From an uncultured Clostridia bacterium (lineage in GTDB: Bacteria > Bacillota > Clostridia > Oscillospirales > CAG-272), in the NCBI GenBank assembly GCA_944381085.1, contig CALWJX010000007.1, positions 2,754 through 66,753 on the forward strand: 64,000 bases of DNA, in the 5' to 3' direction. Made by a program: the position numbers and the translations under genes. The notes under the pieces are model-generated. The model did no database searches and was not told where the DNA came from. It saw only the letters and a program-made list of their open reading frames with translations. This document shows, one piece after another, positions 1 through 10,218 of the stretch (its first letter is position 1; each line of letters opens with the position of its first letter).

Positions 1-130
1 GCACTCTGCGCAGCGAGTTGCCAAGTGTTGTGCCGAAGCCTCTTTCAAGCGGTTCTATAACAAATGTTCCGCTGGATTCGTCTTCACTCAAATTTACGGT
101 CGTTATATTGGGCTTCTCTATCTCAATCAT
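1..130 (-). CDS. rpoA: RNA polymerase alpha subunit, N-terminal part (runs off window)
   Basis: Manual translation from ATG at 130: [43 protein letters not shown]; AGGAGG SD; follows rpsD. Confidence 0.97.
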   Translation of the reverse strand, partial: MIEIEKPNITTVNLSEDESSGTFVIEPLERGFGTTLGNSLRRV

Positions 131-244
131 TCCAAATAAAAACCTCCTGTTATATTTTTGTTCAAGATAATGTCTTGCTTCAGGGTAATGCGGATATCTG
201 ACCGGGGATTTTATAAAACCGCCGACATCCGTTCATACGCGGTA

Positions 245-871
245 TTACTTGGAGTACAACTCAACGATAAGCTGTTCGTTGAAATCAAAGTCAATATCCT
301 CTCTTGCGGGGAACGCGGTTACCTTTGCGCTGAGAGCCGATTTATCAACATCAAGCCACTTGGGAGCCGTCTTGGTTTCAAGCGATTCCGCGATTGCCTT
401 GAATTTTGCGCCCGAGCGACTGGATTCCTTTACGGCAATAACGTCTCCGGGCTTAACAAGCAGCGAAGGAATATTAACCTTTTTTCCGTTGAGCGTAAAA
501 TGAGCATGAAGAACCAGTTGGCGAGCTTCCTTATGAGATTCAGCCATACCCATTCTGTATACGGTATTGTCGAGACGGCGCTCAAGGAGAACCAAAAGGT
601 TTTCACCCGTCATACCCTCTTTGCGTGCTGCCTCCTCATAGTAATTCTTAAACTGTTTTTCAAGAACTCCGTAATATCTTCTTGTAGCCTGCTTCTCACG
701 AAGCTGAAGTCCGTATTCTCCGGTTTTCTTTCTTGTCGCGCCATGCTGACCCGGAGCTGTGCTTCTGCGGTCTATGGCACACTTTCCGCTCGTGCATCTG
801 TCGCCCTTGAGGTAAAGCTTTTTACCCTCTCTGCGGCAAAGTTTGCATACGGGACCTGTATATCTTGCCAT
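245..871 (-). CDS. rpsD: 30S ribosomal protein S4
   Basis: [16 protein letters not shown]...LERRLDN...LIVELYSK. Confidence 0.99.
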   Translation of the reverse strand: MARYTGPVCKLCRREGKKLYLKGDRCTSGKCAIDRRSTAPGQHGATRKKTGEYGLQLREKQATRRYYGVLEKQFKNYYEEAARKEGMTGENLLVLLERRLDNTVYRMGMAESHKEARQLVLHAHFTLNGKKVNIPSLLVKPGDVIAVKESSRSGAKFKAIAESLETKTAPKWLDVDKSALSAKVTAFPAREDIDFDFNEQLIVELYSK

Positions 872-894
872 TTTATATCTGCCTCCTGTTTAAA

Positions 895-1293
895 TTATAC
901 GCGTCTGCGTTTGGGCGGTCTGCATCCGTTATGAGGTATCGGAGTAACATCTTTTATAAGAGTAATCTGAAGACCTACTGTCTCAAGCGCGCGGATTGCG
1001 GATTCGCGTCCTGATCCGGGACCTTTTACATATACTTCAACCGATTTCAGACCATGCTCAACTGCCGCTCTTGCCGCTGCCTCAGACGCTGACTGAGCCG
1101 CAAAAGGAGTAGACTTTCTTGAGCCTTTGAAGCCCAACTCCCCAGCCGATGCCCAGGAAATCGCGTTGCCGTTAACGTCGGTAATAGTTACTATTGTATT
1201 ATTAAAGGTAGCCTGAATGTGTACGGTACCCTTTTCAACATTTTTTCTCTCGCGGCGTCTTTTGACAACTTTCTTTGCCGATACTTTTGCCAT
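895..1293 (-). CDS. rpsK: 30S ribosomal protein S11
   Basis: [29 protein letters not shown]. Confidence 0.99.
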   Translation of the reverse strand: MAKVSAKKVVKRRRERKNVEKGTVHIQATFNNTIVTITDVNGNAISWASAGELGFKGSRKSTPFAAQSASEAAARAAVEHGLKSVEVYVKGPGSGRESAIRALETVGLQITLIKDVTPIPHNGCRPPKRRRV

Positions 1294-1308
1294 ATTCTTG
1301 CCACTCCT

Positions 1309-1677
1309 TTATTTCTTCTTGTTAGCAATAGTCTTCGCGGGACCTTTTCTTGTTCTCGCGTTAGTCTTTGTTCTCTGACCTCTTACCGGAAGTCCCTTTC
1401 TGTGTCTGATACCGCGATAGCAGTTTATCTCAACCATTCTCTTTATATTGAGAGACACATCTCTGCGCAGGTCGCCTTCAACCGTATAAGAATTTTCGAT
1501 TTCATCACGGAGCTTTGCTATTTCTTCCTCGGTAAGATCCTTTGCTCTGGTATCGGGACTGATACCTGTCTTGGAAAGAATGTCGTTCGCGCTTTTGCGG
1601 CCTATACCGTAAATGTAAGTAAGGGCTATTTCTACGCGCTTGTTGTTCGGAATATCAACACCAGCTATACGTGCCAT
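1309..1677 (-). CDS. rpsM: 30S ribosomal protein S13
   Basis: [10 protein letters not shown]...[18 protein letters not shown]. Confidence 0.99.
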   Translation of the reverse strand: MARIAGVDIPNNKRVEIALTYIYGIGRKSANDILSKTGISPDTRAKDLTEEEIAKLRDEIENSYTVEGDLRRDVSLNIKRMVEINCYRGIRHRKGLPVRGQRTKTNARTRKGPAKTIANKKK

Positions 1678-1730
1678 TCTGTTTTTTCACCTTTCTGATT
1701 AGATTGAATCGGTAACTTCTGTGTAATTTT

Positions 1731-1844
1731 TCAACCCTGTTTTTGTTTATGCTTGGGGTTTTCGCAAATCACCATAACTTTACCTTTTCTTTTGATGATC
1801 TTGCATTTTTCGCAGATCTTCTTTACGGACGGTTTAACTTTCAT
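1731..1844 (-). CDS. rpmJ: 50S ribosomal protein L36 (Zn-binding type, 37 aa)
   Basis: Manual translation [37 protein letters not shown]; below the ORF-track size cutoff. Confidence 0.98.
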   Translation of the reverse strand: MKVKPSVKKICEKCKIIKRKGKVMVICENPKHKQKQG

Positions 1845-1917
1845 TTTCTGTAAACCTGCCTTTCTTTAAAGTATTTTTTGCGAAATTCGCCTGAATAACA
1901 TTTTACAATATCATTCA

Positions 1918-2136
1918 TTATTTTGAGCGCCAGGTTATGCGTCCTTTTGTAAGGTCATATATAGATACCTCTACCGTAACGTGGTCTCCCGGCAAAATTT
2001 TAATATAATTGAGTCTGAGCTTACCGGAAATATGCGCGGTAACCATATGACCGTTTGTAAGCTCAACTTTGAATGTCGCGTTAGGCAAAGCTTCAACCAC
2101 CTTACCCTCAAATTCGATTACATCATCTTTCGGCAG
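1918..2136 (-). CDS. infA: Translation initiation factor IF-1 (72 aa, apparent CTG start)
   Basis: (M)[21 protein letters not shown]...[17 protein letters not shown]; AGGAGG 7 nt before CTG at 2136. Confidence 0.95.
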   Translation of the reverse strand: MPKDDVIEFEGKVVEALPNATFKVELTNGHMVTAHISGKLRLNYIKILPGDHVTVEVSIYDLTKGRITWRSK

Positions 2137-2182
2137 AATAATCCCTCCTCTGTTTCTTTGACCTTAGCCAAAACATAAAAAC

Positions 2183-2944
2183 TTAAAAATCTTCCTCTAT
2201 CAGCGTCATATTCAAAACACCGTCAGCAGTAAGCGCGACAGTATTTTCATAATGCGCGGACAGTTTTCCGTCTTCTGTTTTTACCGTCCATCCGTCCGAC
2301 AATTCCCTGACTCTGTCGGTACCCACATTTACCATGGGCTCTATGGCAAGAGTCATACCGGTACACAGTCTCGCGCCTCTTCCGGGAGTACCGTAGTTCG
2401 GAACATCCGGAAGCTCGTGAAGCTCATGACCGACTCCGTGACCGATATACCGTTTCACGGTGCTATAGCCGTTCCGCACCACAAAGGCATCAATTGCGTG
2501 ACCTATATCACCGATCCTGTTGCCGGGCTTAAGCATTTTTATACCCTCAAAAAAACTGCTTCTTGTAACCGTTATCAGACGCATTGATTCTTCGTCCACC
2601 TTACCGACCGGTATAGTCCTTGCGGCGTCTCCGTGAAACCCCTTGTAAAAAGCCCCTACATCGACTTTAACAATATCCCCTTCACGAAGTATTTTTTCCT
2701 TTGAGGGAATGCCGTGAATAACCTCATCGTTAATGCTTATACATGCGCTGCCCGGAAAGCCCGCATACCCGAGAAAAGAGGGTTTTGCGCCGCACGACTC
2801 AATATATTTCCTGATTATACTGTCAAGCTCATACGTGCTGATACCCTCACGGATATGGTCACGGGCGACAAGCAGAGCCTCGCCGGTTATTCTTCCGGCT
2901 TTTTTCATTTGCTCTATCTGCGACGGATTCTTCAACTGTATCAT
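2183..2944 (-). CDS. map: Methionine aminopeptidase type I
   Basis: EVIHGIP, DVGA, GHGVG..LHE, AIEPM, SAHYENT motifs; position after adk. Confidence 0.98.
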   Translation of the reverse strand: MIQLKNPSQIEQMKKAGRITGEALLVARDHIREGISTYELDSIIRKYIESCGAKPSFLGYAGFPGSACISINDEVIHGIPSKEKILREGDIVKVDVGAFYKGFHGDAARTIPVGKVDEESMRLITVTRSSFFEGIKMLKPGNRIGDIGHAIDAFVVRNGYSTVKRYIGHGVGHELHELPDVPNYGTPGRGARLCTGMTLAIEPMVNVGTDRVRELSDGWTVKTEDGKLSAHYENTVALTADGVLNMTLIEEDF

Positions 2945-2969
2945 CCGAAAATCTACCTCGGTTCTTATA

Positions 2970-3608
2970 TCATGCTTTTATCCCGTCAAGAGCCTTGAAT
3001 ACGAGGGCGGTCGTATCTTCAACCTTCTCCTGACCGATTACCGTGACAAGAAGTCCCTTTGCCTCATAGAATTCCTTGAGAGGTTCGGTCTGCTCGTGAT
3101 AGGTCTTAAGCCTGTTTGCAACGGTTTCCCTGCTGTCATCATCCCTGATATAAAGCTCATTTCCACACTTGTCACATATATTTTCGGTCTTGGGAGGATT
3201 GTACTCCACATGGTATGAAGCCCCGCAGGAGCATACCCTTCTTCCGCTCATTCTCTCTATTATCTTATCGTCCGGAACCTCTATGCTCAGGACAACATCA
3301 ATCTTAACTCCAAGATTATCGAGCGCCTGAGCCTGAGGAATCGAGCGCGGAAACCCGTCAAGTATAAAACCGTTTTTACAGGCATCTGTCGAAAGATATT
3401 CCTTAATAATTCCTATAACCACATCGTCAGGCACAAGCTTTCCGGCATCAATATAGCTCTTTGCGGATTTTCCAAGTTCTGTCCCGGCTTTGATTGCTCC
3501 CCGGAGAATGTCTCCTGTCGCTATTGCGGGAATTTTGTACTTTTCCGAAATTTTCGCGGATTGTGTTCCTTTACCTGCGCCGGGCGCACCCATTAAAATT
3601 AAATTCAT
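2970..3608 (-). CDS. adk: Adenylate kinase
   Basis: GAPGAGKGTQ, LDGFPR, Cys-containing lid. Confidence 0.99.
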   Translation of the reverse strand: MNLILMGAPGAGKGTQSAKISEKYKIPAIATGDILRGAIKAGTELGKSAKSYIDAGKLVPDDVVIGIIKEYLSTDACKNGFILDGFPRSIPQAQALDNLGVKIDVVLSIEVPDDKIIERMSGRRVCSCGASYHVEYNPPKTENICDKCGNELYIRDDDSRETVANRLKTYHEQTEPLKEFYEAKGLLVTVIGQEKVEDTTALVFKALDGIKA

Positions 3609-3651
3609 CGTTTACCTCCGGAATTTTTTTGTTAAAGGTGTGTGTTTATAA

Positions 3652-4980
3652 TCAATCAAGGAATCCTTTATAGTTACGCATTGTAAGCTGTGCTTCAAGC
3701 TCGCGTATGGTTTCAAGCGCGACGCCGGTTACGATAAGCAACGACGAACCGCCGAAAGCAAGTTCCGCAAGTCCGTTAAAATTAAACAGCATCGCTATAG
3801 CGTTCGCGATAAGCGGTAAACCGGAAATGCAGCACAGGAAAACCGCGCCTATAAAAGTAATACGTTTCAGTATTTTCTGTATATATTCTATTGTAGGTCT
3901 TCCGGGACGAATACCGGGAATAGCTCCGCCGTTATTCCTTATATTGTTCGCCACCTCTACCGGGTTAAACGAAATCATTATATAGAAGAACGAAAACCCT
4001 ACCAACAACAGAATAAAGATTACAATATAAAGAGGCTTACTGTAATTGAAAATGTTGTTTACTCCCTGCCAGAAACCACTGTTCGGGAAAAAGCTTGCTA
4101 TGGTTGCGGGGATAGCGACTATTGAGTTTGCGAAAATAATCGGCATGACTCCCGACATATTAAGCTTCATAGGCAGACTGGAGGACTGACCCCCATACAT
4201 TTTACGCCCGACAACTCTCTTTGCGTACTGAACAGGTATTCTTCTTTCTGAGTTTGTAAACCAAACAACAAAGTATATAACCGCAAGTACCGCAACTATT
4301 ATAAGCACTACCCAAAGAATTCCGAGAGGCTTGAAGCTGCCGTCATAGATCATGTTCCAAAGATTTGCCACATAGGTGGGAACTCTTGCTATGATGTTCG
4401 CGAAAAGAATGATGGATATACCGTTTCCGATACCGAATTCATTGATTCTTTCGGCAAGCCACATAACCATTGCTGCGCCTGCGCAATAACATGCTATCAT
4501 TACAATTATCTTAAATACCGCGCCCTCGGAGCCTACCGCAAAGGTAATCATCCTCTGACCGTTGTAACTGAAATTGTAAAGATACATCGCGTAACCGAAT
4601 GATGTAATCAACGCGAGAACCACTGTAACAATTCTTGTAATGGCGGAAATTTTCTTTTTACCGCTCTCGCCCTCTTTAGCCAATGCTTCCAGTTTGGGAA
4701 TGGCAATGGTAAGAAGCTGCATAACTATAGAAGCGGTAATGTACGGTGAAACCGAAAGTGCGAACAGAGTAGCTCTTCCGAATGCGTCTCCGGAAAGCAG
4801 ACTCATATACTGCAATATAGTACCGCTGGTTTGCGCCTCAAAGTATGTTATTGCGTTTGAGTCTACCCACGGCACCGGAATATTCGCCCCAAGGCGGTAA
4901 AGGATAACGATAAGCAATGTGAAGAGGAGCTTTATCTTAAGCTCCGGAGTCTTCCAAGCATTTTTTAACGTCTGAAACAT
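3652..4980 (-). CDS. secY: Preprotein translocase SecY
   Basis: SPYITASIVMQLL, GIGNGISIILFA, IPGIRPG, GGSSLLI. Confidence 0.99.
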   Translation of the reverse strand: MFQTLKNAWKTPELKIKLLFTLLIVILYRLGANIPVPWVDSNAITYFEAQTSGTILQYMSLLSGDAFGRATLFALSVSPYITASIVMQLLTIAIPKLEALAKEGESGKKKISAITRIVTVVLALITSFGYAMYLYNFSYNGQRMITFAVGSEGAVFKIIVMIACYCAGAAMVMWLAERINEFGIGNGISIILFANIIARVPTYVANLWNMIYDGSFKPLGILWVVLIIVAVLAVIYFVVWFTNSERRIPVQYAKRVVGRKMYGGQSSSLPMKLNMSGVMPIIFANSIVAIPATIASFFPNSGFWQGVNNIFNYSKPLYIVIFILLLVGFSFFYIMISFNPVEVANNIRNNGGAIPGIRPGRPTIEYIQKILKRITFIGAVFLCCISGLPLIANAIAMLFNFNGLAELAFGGSSLLIVTGVALETIRELEAQLTMRNYKGFLD

Positions 4981-4982
4981 CC

Positions 4983-5423
4983 TTATACCTCCTCTGCCTG
5001 TCCACCTGCTGCTATTATCTTTTCTTTCGCAGTTGCTGAAAAGACTACCGCTTTAACAGTAAGTTTTTTATTGATTTCCCCAGTGCCCAGAACCTTCAGG
5101 CCATCCAAAGGCTTGCGGATAATTCTTTTTGCGAGAAGAGTATCAATGTCAACGACTGCGCCATCCTCAAAGCTGTTGAGAACGGATACATTTACTATCG
5201 CATAATTTGTTGCAAATTTGTTGTTAAAGCCTCTTTTGGGATGCTTTCTGTAAAGAGGAAGCTGACCTCCCTCAAATCCCGGTCTTACGCCTCCGCCTGA
5301 GCGCGCGTTCTGACCCTTATGACCTTTTCCGGCGGTCTTTCCGTTTCCGGATGCGGTTCCTCTTCCTCTTCTGAAAGAAGCCTTTACCGAGCCCTCTGCC
5401 GGCTTTAGTTCGTTAAGTTTCAT
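4983..5423 (-). CDS. rplO: 50S ribosomal protein L15
   Basis: [25 protein letters not shown]. Confidence 0.99.
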   Translation of the reverse strand: MKLNELKPAEGSVKASFRRGRGTASGNGKTAGKGHKGQNARSGGGVRPGFEGGQLPLYRKHPKRGFNNKFATNYAIVNVSVLNSFEDGAVVDIDTLLAKRIIRKPLDGLKVLGTGEINKKLTVKAVVFSATAKEKIIAAGGQAEEV

Positions 5424-5440
5424 TATCTTATTACCTCCTT

Positions 5441-5620
5441 TTAGTCTTCAACGGTCTCAACCGTTACCAGATGAGAGATAATTTTTATCTTGCCTGCAAG
5501 AACGGCGTCATCCGCGTGAACTATACTGTCACCTATCTTTGTAAGGCCGAGGGATTTTGCCGTTGCTCTCTGATTCGGCTTGGATGAAATAAGACTCTTT
5601 GTAAGCGTTACTTTCTTCAT
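5441..5620 (-). CDS. rpmD: 50S ribosomal protein L30
   Basis: Manual translation [30 protein letters not shown]...ISHLVTVE; between rpsE and rplO. Confidence 0.95.
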   Translation of the reverse strand: MKKVTLTKSLISSKPNQRATAKSLGLTKIGDSIVHADDAVLAGKIKIISHLVTVETVED

Positions 5621-5634
5621 AATCTCTTTCCTCC

Positions 5635-6138
5635 TCAGCCCTTTATCTGTTCAACGGGAATGTTGCGTATATTTGCAACCTCCTGAGCCGTGCGAAGCTC
5701 CTTAAGACCCTCCATTGTAGCCTTAACCACATTGGTAGGATTGTTGGAACGAAGGCACTTTGCCCTTACGTTGGAAATACCCGCCGCTTCGAGAACGGCT
5801 CTTACCTTTCCGCCCGCGATTATACCGGTACCGAGTGCGGCAGGCTTTATAAGCACCTTGCCGGCGCCGTATACTCCGATAACCTCGTGGGGAATGGTGG
5901 TGCCCTTAAGCGCTACGGTAATCATATTTTTCTTTGCGTCCTCTATTCCCTTGCGTATAGCTTCGGGAACCTCGGCTGCTTTGCCAAGACCTACTCCTAC
6001 ATGTCCGGCTCCGTCGCCGACAACCATGAGAGCCGCGAAACGCGAAATGCGTCCGCCCTTTACAGTCTTGGAAACACGGTTCAGCGAGACGAGCTTTTCG
6101 GTGAGCTCAACCTCAGCCGGATTAAATTTCTGTGCCAT
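5635..6138 (-). CDS. rpsE: 30S ribosomal protein S5
   Basis: [24 protein letters not shown]. Confidence 0.99.
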   Translation of the reverse strand: MAQKFNPAEVELTEKLVSLNRVSKTVKGGRISRFAALMVVGDGAGHVGVGLGKAAEVPEAIRKGIEDAKKNMITVALKGTTIPHEVIGVYGAGKVLIKPAALGTGIIAGGKVRAVLEAAGISNVRAKCLRSNNPTNVVKATMEGLKELRTAQEVANIRNIPVEQIKG

Positions 6139-6216
6139 TTAATGGTTTCCTCCTGAAAATTGTTCAAATTTGGTTTGAACAGTGTACAAACCGGATCTCT
6201 TAGGATTATAAATCCG

Positions 6217-6576
6217 TCAGAACTTCAGACCGCCTTCGCGCGCGCCCTCCGCCAACTCCGATACACGTCCGTGATATAGATAGCCGCCTCTGTCAAACAC
6301 GACCTCTGTAATTCCCATGGCTACCGCTTTCTCGGCAAGCTTTTTGCCCACTTCGCGAGCAGCCTCTTTATTTCCGCCGTTTCCTTCAAAACCTGCTCCG
6401 TAAGTAGAAGCGGAAACCAATGTTTTTCCTGCCGTGTCGTCAATTATCTGTGCGGAAATATTCGCGTTTGAACGATATACTGCCAGACGCGGACAAGCAG
6501 CAGTACCTGAAATCTTTGCTCTGACTCTCTTATGTCTCTTAAGACGAGCCTTATTGCTGTCCTTTCTTGATACCAT
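6217..6576 (-). CDS. rplR: 50S ribosomal protein L18
   Basis: [23 protein letters not shown]. Confidence 0.99.
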   Translation of the reverse strand: MVSRKDSNKARLKRHKRVRAKISGTAACPRLAVYRSNANISAQIIDDTAGKTLVSASTYGAGFEGNGGNKEAAREVGKKLAEKAVAMGITEVVFDRGGYLYHGRVSELAEGAREGGLKF

Positions 6577-6594
6577 TTTACTCCACTCCTTTCA

Positions 6595-7215
6595 TTATTT
6601 ACCGGTCTTTCCGGCTTTACGGCGAACTCTTTCGTCGATATAACGGATTCCCTTGCCGTGATAGGGCTCCGGCGGGCGTTTTCCTCTGATGACTGCCGCC
6701 ATCTGACCTACCGCCTGCTTGTCGGCGCCGCTTACCACTATGATAAGTCCGCTGCTGACCTTCTCGGTCGTCATCTGGTCGATACCAAGTTTCTTTATCT
6801 CGTCCTCGTTGGGAACCGAAAGCTTAACCGTATCGGTATCGCTCATAATGTACTTTTCCTGAGGAAGAGCATTGGTGGGGACAAGAGAGTAGCCCAAATA
6901 AAGCTGCAGGTCTTTTCCTACCTTGACAGCCTTATAGCCGACGCCGTATATCATGAGAACCTTCTTAAATCCTACATGAACGCCCGTTACCATATTCTGA
7001 ACCAAGGCGCGTGTCAGTCCGTGCAGGCTCTTATCCTCTTTTTCATCGGAAGGACGCGTTATTACAACCTTGTTATCCTCAACGCTTATAGTCATTCTGG
7101 GGCTAAAGGTTTCAGTGAGCGTTCCTACCGGTCCCTTCGCGGTAACCTTGTTACCTTCAACAGTTACTGTTACGCCTGCGGGTATTTCGACAGGCATTCT
7201 ACCGATTCTTGACAT
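6595..7215 (-). CDS. rplF: 50S ribosomal protein L6 (206 aa, with internal insertions)
   Basis: MSRIGRMP start at 7215 with GGAGG SD; GVGY and RPPEPYHGKGIRY motifs. Confidence 0.98.
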   Translation of the reverse strand: MSRIGRMPVEIPAGVTVTVEGNKVTAKGPVGTLTETFSPRMTISVEDNKVVITRPSDEKEDKSLHGLTRALVQNMVTGVHVGFKKVLMIYGVGYKAVKVGKDLQLYLGYSLVPTNALPQEKYIMSDTDTVKLSVPNEDEIKKLGIDQMTTEKVSSGLIIVVSGADKQAVGQMAAVIRGKRPPEPYHGKGIRYIDERVRRKAGKTGK

Positions 7216-7237
7216 ATCAAGTATACCTCCCGTCCTA

Positions 7238-7633
7238 TTACCATACAAACACAAGCACTTCGCCGCCGACTTTAAGCGCGCGTGCTTTCTTGTCTGTCAT
7301 TATTCCTTTGGACGTGGACACAATAGCGATTCCAAGTCCGTTCATAACCTTAGGCATGTTCTCATATCCGGCATATATACGCAGACCGGGCTTTGACACA
7401 CGCTTAAGACCTCTTATTACCTTCTGTTTGCCGACATACTTAAGGGTCACTCTGAGTATTCCCTGCTTTCCGTCGTCAATTACTTCATAGCTTTTGATAT
7501 AACCCTCTTCAACAAGGATCTTAGCTATTGCTTCTTTCATGTTCGATGCCGGAATGTCAACTGTCGCGTGCTTTACATTGCTTGCGTTTCTTATTCTTGT
7601 GAGCATATCGGCAATAACATCGGATATCTGCAT
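7238..7633 (-). CDS. rpsH: 30S ribosomal protein S8
   Basis: [28 protein letters not shown]; start at 7633 by SD and homology. Confidence 0.99.
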   Translation of the reverse strand: MQISDVIADMLTRIRNASNVKHATVDIPASNMKEAIAKILVEEGYIKSYEVIDDGKQGILRVTLKYVGKQKVIRGLKRVSKPGLRIYAGYENMPKVMNGLGIAIVSTSKGIMTDKKARALKVGGEVLVFVW

Positions 7634-7783
7634 TTTTCTTTCCTCCTGATGCAAGTAAACTTTCTTGCTGCCACAAATTCTGGCCGCATACCGGCGGTTA
7701 AGTCCAACGCAAAGGATGATGCGATTAACTTCCTTCCGGTAGTTAGGGGTTTTCAAACCAACACTTAAATTTCGATAAGGATA

Positions 7784-7969
7784 TTACCAGCTTGACTTTT
7801 TGACGCCGGGAATCTCGCCCTTATACGCAAGATTTCTGAAGCAGATTCTGCAAATTCCGTACTTACGCATATAAGCGTGGGGACGTCCGCAGATTTTGCA
7901 TCTGTTGTATTCTCTTGTGGAATACTTCTGGGGCTTCTGCTGCTTGAGTATCATTGACTTTTTAGCCAT
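7784..7969 (-). CDS. rpsZ: 30S ribosomal protein S14 type Z
   Basis: 61 aa, CKIC...CRIC zinc motif. Confidence 0.98.
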   Translation of the reverse strand: MAKKSMILKQQKPQKYSTREYNRCKICGRPHAYMRKYGICRICFRNLAYKGEIPGVKKSSW

Positions 7970-7984
7970 TATCTTTACCTCCGA

Positions 7985-8524
7985 TTATCTCGCAAAGGGA
8001 GCGCCCATGAGTGAAAGCAGCTCTCTTGCCTCGTCATCCGTCTGTGCCGTTGTGACAAAACAGATGTCCATTCCGCGGATTTTATCCACCTTATCGTACT
8101 CAATCTCGGGGAATATAAGCTGTTCCTTAAGACCGAGAGAATAATTTCCGCGTCCGTCGAAAGCATTGGGATTGATACCCTTGAAGTCACGGACTCTGGG
8201 AAGCGCGAAATTGAAAAGTCTGTCCATAAACTCATACATCTTCTCGCCGCGAAGTGTAACCTTTGCGCCTATCTTCATGCCCTCGCGGAGCTTGAAGTTT
8301 GCGACCGATTTCTTTGCGTACGTGGGGACAGCCTTCTGTCCGGAGATAATTGTAAGGTCATTTATTATTGAATCGATAACCTTTGAATTTTCCTTCGCGT
8401 CGCCGGCTCCGATGTTGATAACTATCTTGTCAAACTTCGGAATCTGCATTACGCTTTTATAGGAATACTTTTTCATGAGGGCGGGAGCTGCCTCTGAAAC
8501 ATATAAATCTTTAAGTCTTGACAT
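7985..8524 (-). CDS. rplE: 50S ribosomal protein L5
   Basis: [22 protein letters not shown]. Confidence 0.99.
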   Translation of the reverse strand: MSRLKDLYVSEAAPALMKKYSYKSVMQIPKFDKIVINIGAGDAKENSKVIDSIINDLTIISGQKAVPTYAKKSVANFKLREGMKIGAKVTLRGEKMYEFMDRLFNFALPRVRDFKGINPNAFDGRGNYSLGLKEQLIFPEIEYDKVDKIRGMDICFVTTAQTDDEARELLSLMGAPFAR

Positions 8525-8538
8525 TTCTCGCTACCTCC

Positions 8539-8874
8539 TCAATCAAACTTATGACCGCAAGGCTTACCGTCTCTTTTTCCGGAGCATACACGGATCTTTT
8601 TGTTATCAATAAATTCTGTGTGCGTACGCACGCCTTTTCCGCAATCGGGGCAGTAAAGCGCGACCTTTGAAGCGTACATCGCTCCCTCAGCGTCGATTAT
8701 CCCGCCGGTCTCTCCCTGTCTGCGGGGCTTTACATGCTTATGAATTATATTGGCGCCCTTAACGATTACTTTTCCTTCCTTGGGAGACGTCGCTATGACC
8801 TCGCCCTTTACACCCTTTGAGTTGCCGGAAAGCACCACAACAGTGTCGCCGGCCTTTATATGAAGCTTTGACAT
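8539..8874 (-). CDS. rplX: 50S ribosomal protein L24
   Basis: KOW motif GDTVVVLSG; position rplN-rplX-rplE. Confidence 0.98.
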   Translation of the reverse strand: MSKLHIKAGDTVVVLSGNSKGVKGEVIATSPKEGKVIVKGANIIHKHVKPRRQGETGGIIDAEGAMYASKVALYCPDCGKGVRTHTEFIDNKKIRVCSGKRDGKPCGHKFD

Positions 8875-8888
8875 ATCGCGATACCTCC

Positions 8889-9257
8889 TTACAGTACTTC
8901 GGGAGCCAGAGAAAGAATCTTAAGAAAATCTCTCTCTCTCAACTCTCTTGCCACAGGACCGAATATACGTGTTCCTCTGGGTGTATTGTCTTCTCTTATA
9001 ATTACGGCTGCGTTTTCGTCAAATTTAATGTAAGAGCCGTCGGCGCGTTTAGTGCCGTGTACGCTTCTCACTATTACAGCCTTTACAACATCGCCTTTTT
9101 TTACCATGCCGCCGGGTATTGCTTTCTTTACCGAGCAAACCACAACATCGCCGATATTTCCGTATCTGCGGCCCGTTCCGCCCAGAACGCGAATGCACAT
9201 CAGCTCTTTGGCGCCGGTATTGTCGGCGACCTTCATCAATGTCTGCTGTTGAATCAT
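8889..9257 (-). CDS. rplN: 50S ribosomal protein L14
   Basis: [28 protein letters not shown]. Confidence 0.99.
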   Translation of the reverse strand: MIQQQTLMKVADNTGAKELMCIRVLGGTGRRYGNIGDVVVCSVKKAIPGGMVKKGDVVKAVIVRSVHGTKRADGSYIKFDENAAVIIREDNTPRGTRIFGPVARELRERDFLKILSLAPEVL

Positions 9258-9326
9258 TTTTCCTCCTACTGTTTCAATACGCTTCGACGTACCTACTATT
9301 CGAATTCGATATTTTTATATACCTGA

Positions 9327-9590
9327 TTATTTAGCCTTTTCGATTATTTCGACTACACGCCATCTCTTTGTCTTGGAAAGCGGTCTTGTCTCCATAATCT
9401 TGACCTTGTCACCGACGCCGCACTCGTTTTTCTCATCGTGAGCGTGAACCTTGAGGGTATGCTTGATGATTTTTCCGTATACGGGATGCTTGACGTTGTC
9501 CTCGATAGCTATCACAACGGTCTTATCCATCTTATCGCTGACAACCATGCCTACTCTTACTTTTCTGAGTGTTTGTCTCTGTTCTGTCAT
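9327..9590 (-). CDS. rpsQ: 30S ribosomal protein S17
   Basis: [20 protein letters not shown]. Confidence 0.99.
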   Translation of the reverse strand: MTEQRQTLRKVRVGMVVSDKMDKTVVIAIEDNVKHPVYGKIIKHTLKVHAHDEKNECGVGDKVKIMETRPLSKTKRWRVVEIIEKAK

Positions 9591-9602
9591 GACTGCCCCT
9601 CC

Positions 9603-9791
9603 TTATGCGTTCTTCTCTCTGAGAACTGTCAGAACACGCGCGATATCATGCTTCACCTCTGTCATCTTATGAGGATTTTCAAGCTGATTTACCGCATGTT
9701 GAAAACGGAGGTTGAAAAGCTCTTTTTTAAGTTCCGTAAGCTTCGCGTTGAGCTCTTCCGCTGTCATTTCTCTGAGTTCCTTTGCCTTCAT
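9603..9791 (-). CDS. rpmC: 50S ribosomal protein L29
   Basis: ELFNLRFQ...DIARVLT. Confidence 0.99.
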   Translation of the reverse strand: MKAKELREMTAEELNAKLTELKKELFNLRFQHAVNQLENPHKMTEVKHDIARVLTVLREKNA

Positions 9792-9795
9792 GAGC

Positions 9796-10218
9796 TTATG
9801 CCTCCTTTTTCTCTTCTTTTTTCACAAACTTTGTTTTAATGGGGAGCTTATGACCGGCAAGACGCATAGCCTCGCGCGCGATCTCTTCGGTGACTCCGTC
9901 CATTTCAAACATAACTCTGCCCGGCTTAACCACAGCTACCCAATACTCCGGAGAACCCTTACCGGAACCCATACGGGTCTCAGCGGGCTTCTCTGTGATA
10001 GGCTTATCCGGGAATATCTTTATCCACACCTGACCGCCACGCTTGATATAACGGGTCATGGCGATACGGGCTGCTTCTATCTGGTTGCTTGTAATCCAAG
10101 CCGGCTCAAGCGCCACAAGGCCGTATGAACCGTTTGAAACAGTGTTGCCTCTCGATGCTTTACCCTTAAGTCTTCCGCGCTGCACACGACGGTACTTAAC
10201 TCTTTTAGGCATTAACAT
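9796..10218 (-). CDS. rplP: 50S ribosomal protein L16
   Basis: [19 protein letters not shown]; overlaps the rpsC end. Confidence 0.99.
   Translation of the reverse strand: MLMPKRVKYRRVQRGRLKGKASRGNTVSNGSYGLVALEPAWITSNQIEAARIAMTRYIKRGGQVWIKIFPDKPITEKPAETRMGSGKGSPEYWVAVVKPGRVMFEMDGVTEEIAREAMRLAGHKLPIKTKFVKKEEKKEA

Noticed and set aside
2137-2182. No KOW/L14e-like gene between map and infA
   Set aside because: This gene is patchily distributed in Bacillota; simple absence is not remarkable.
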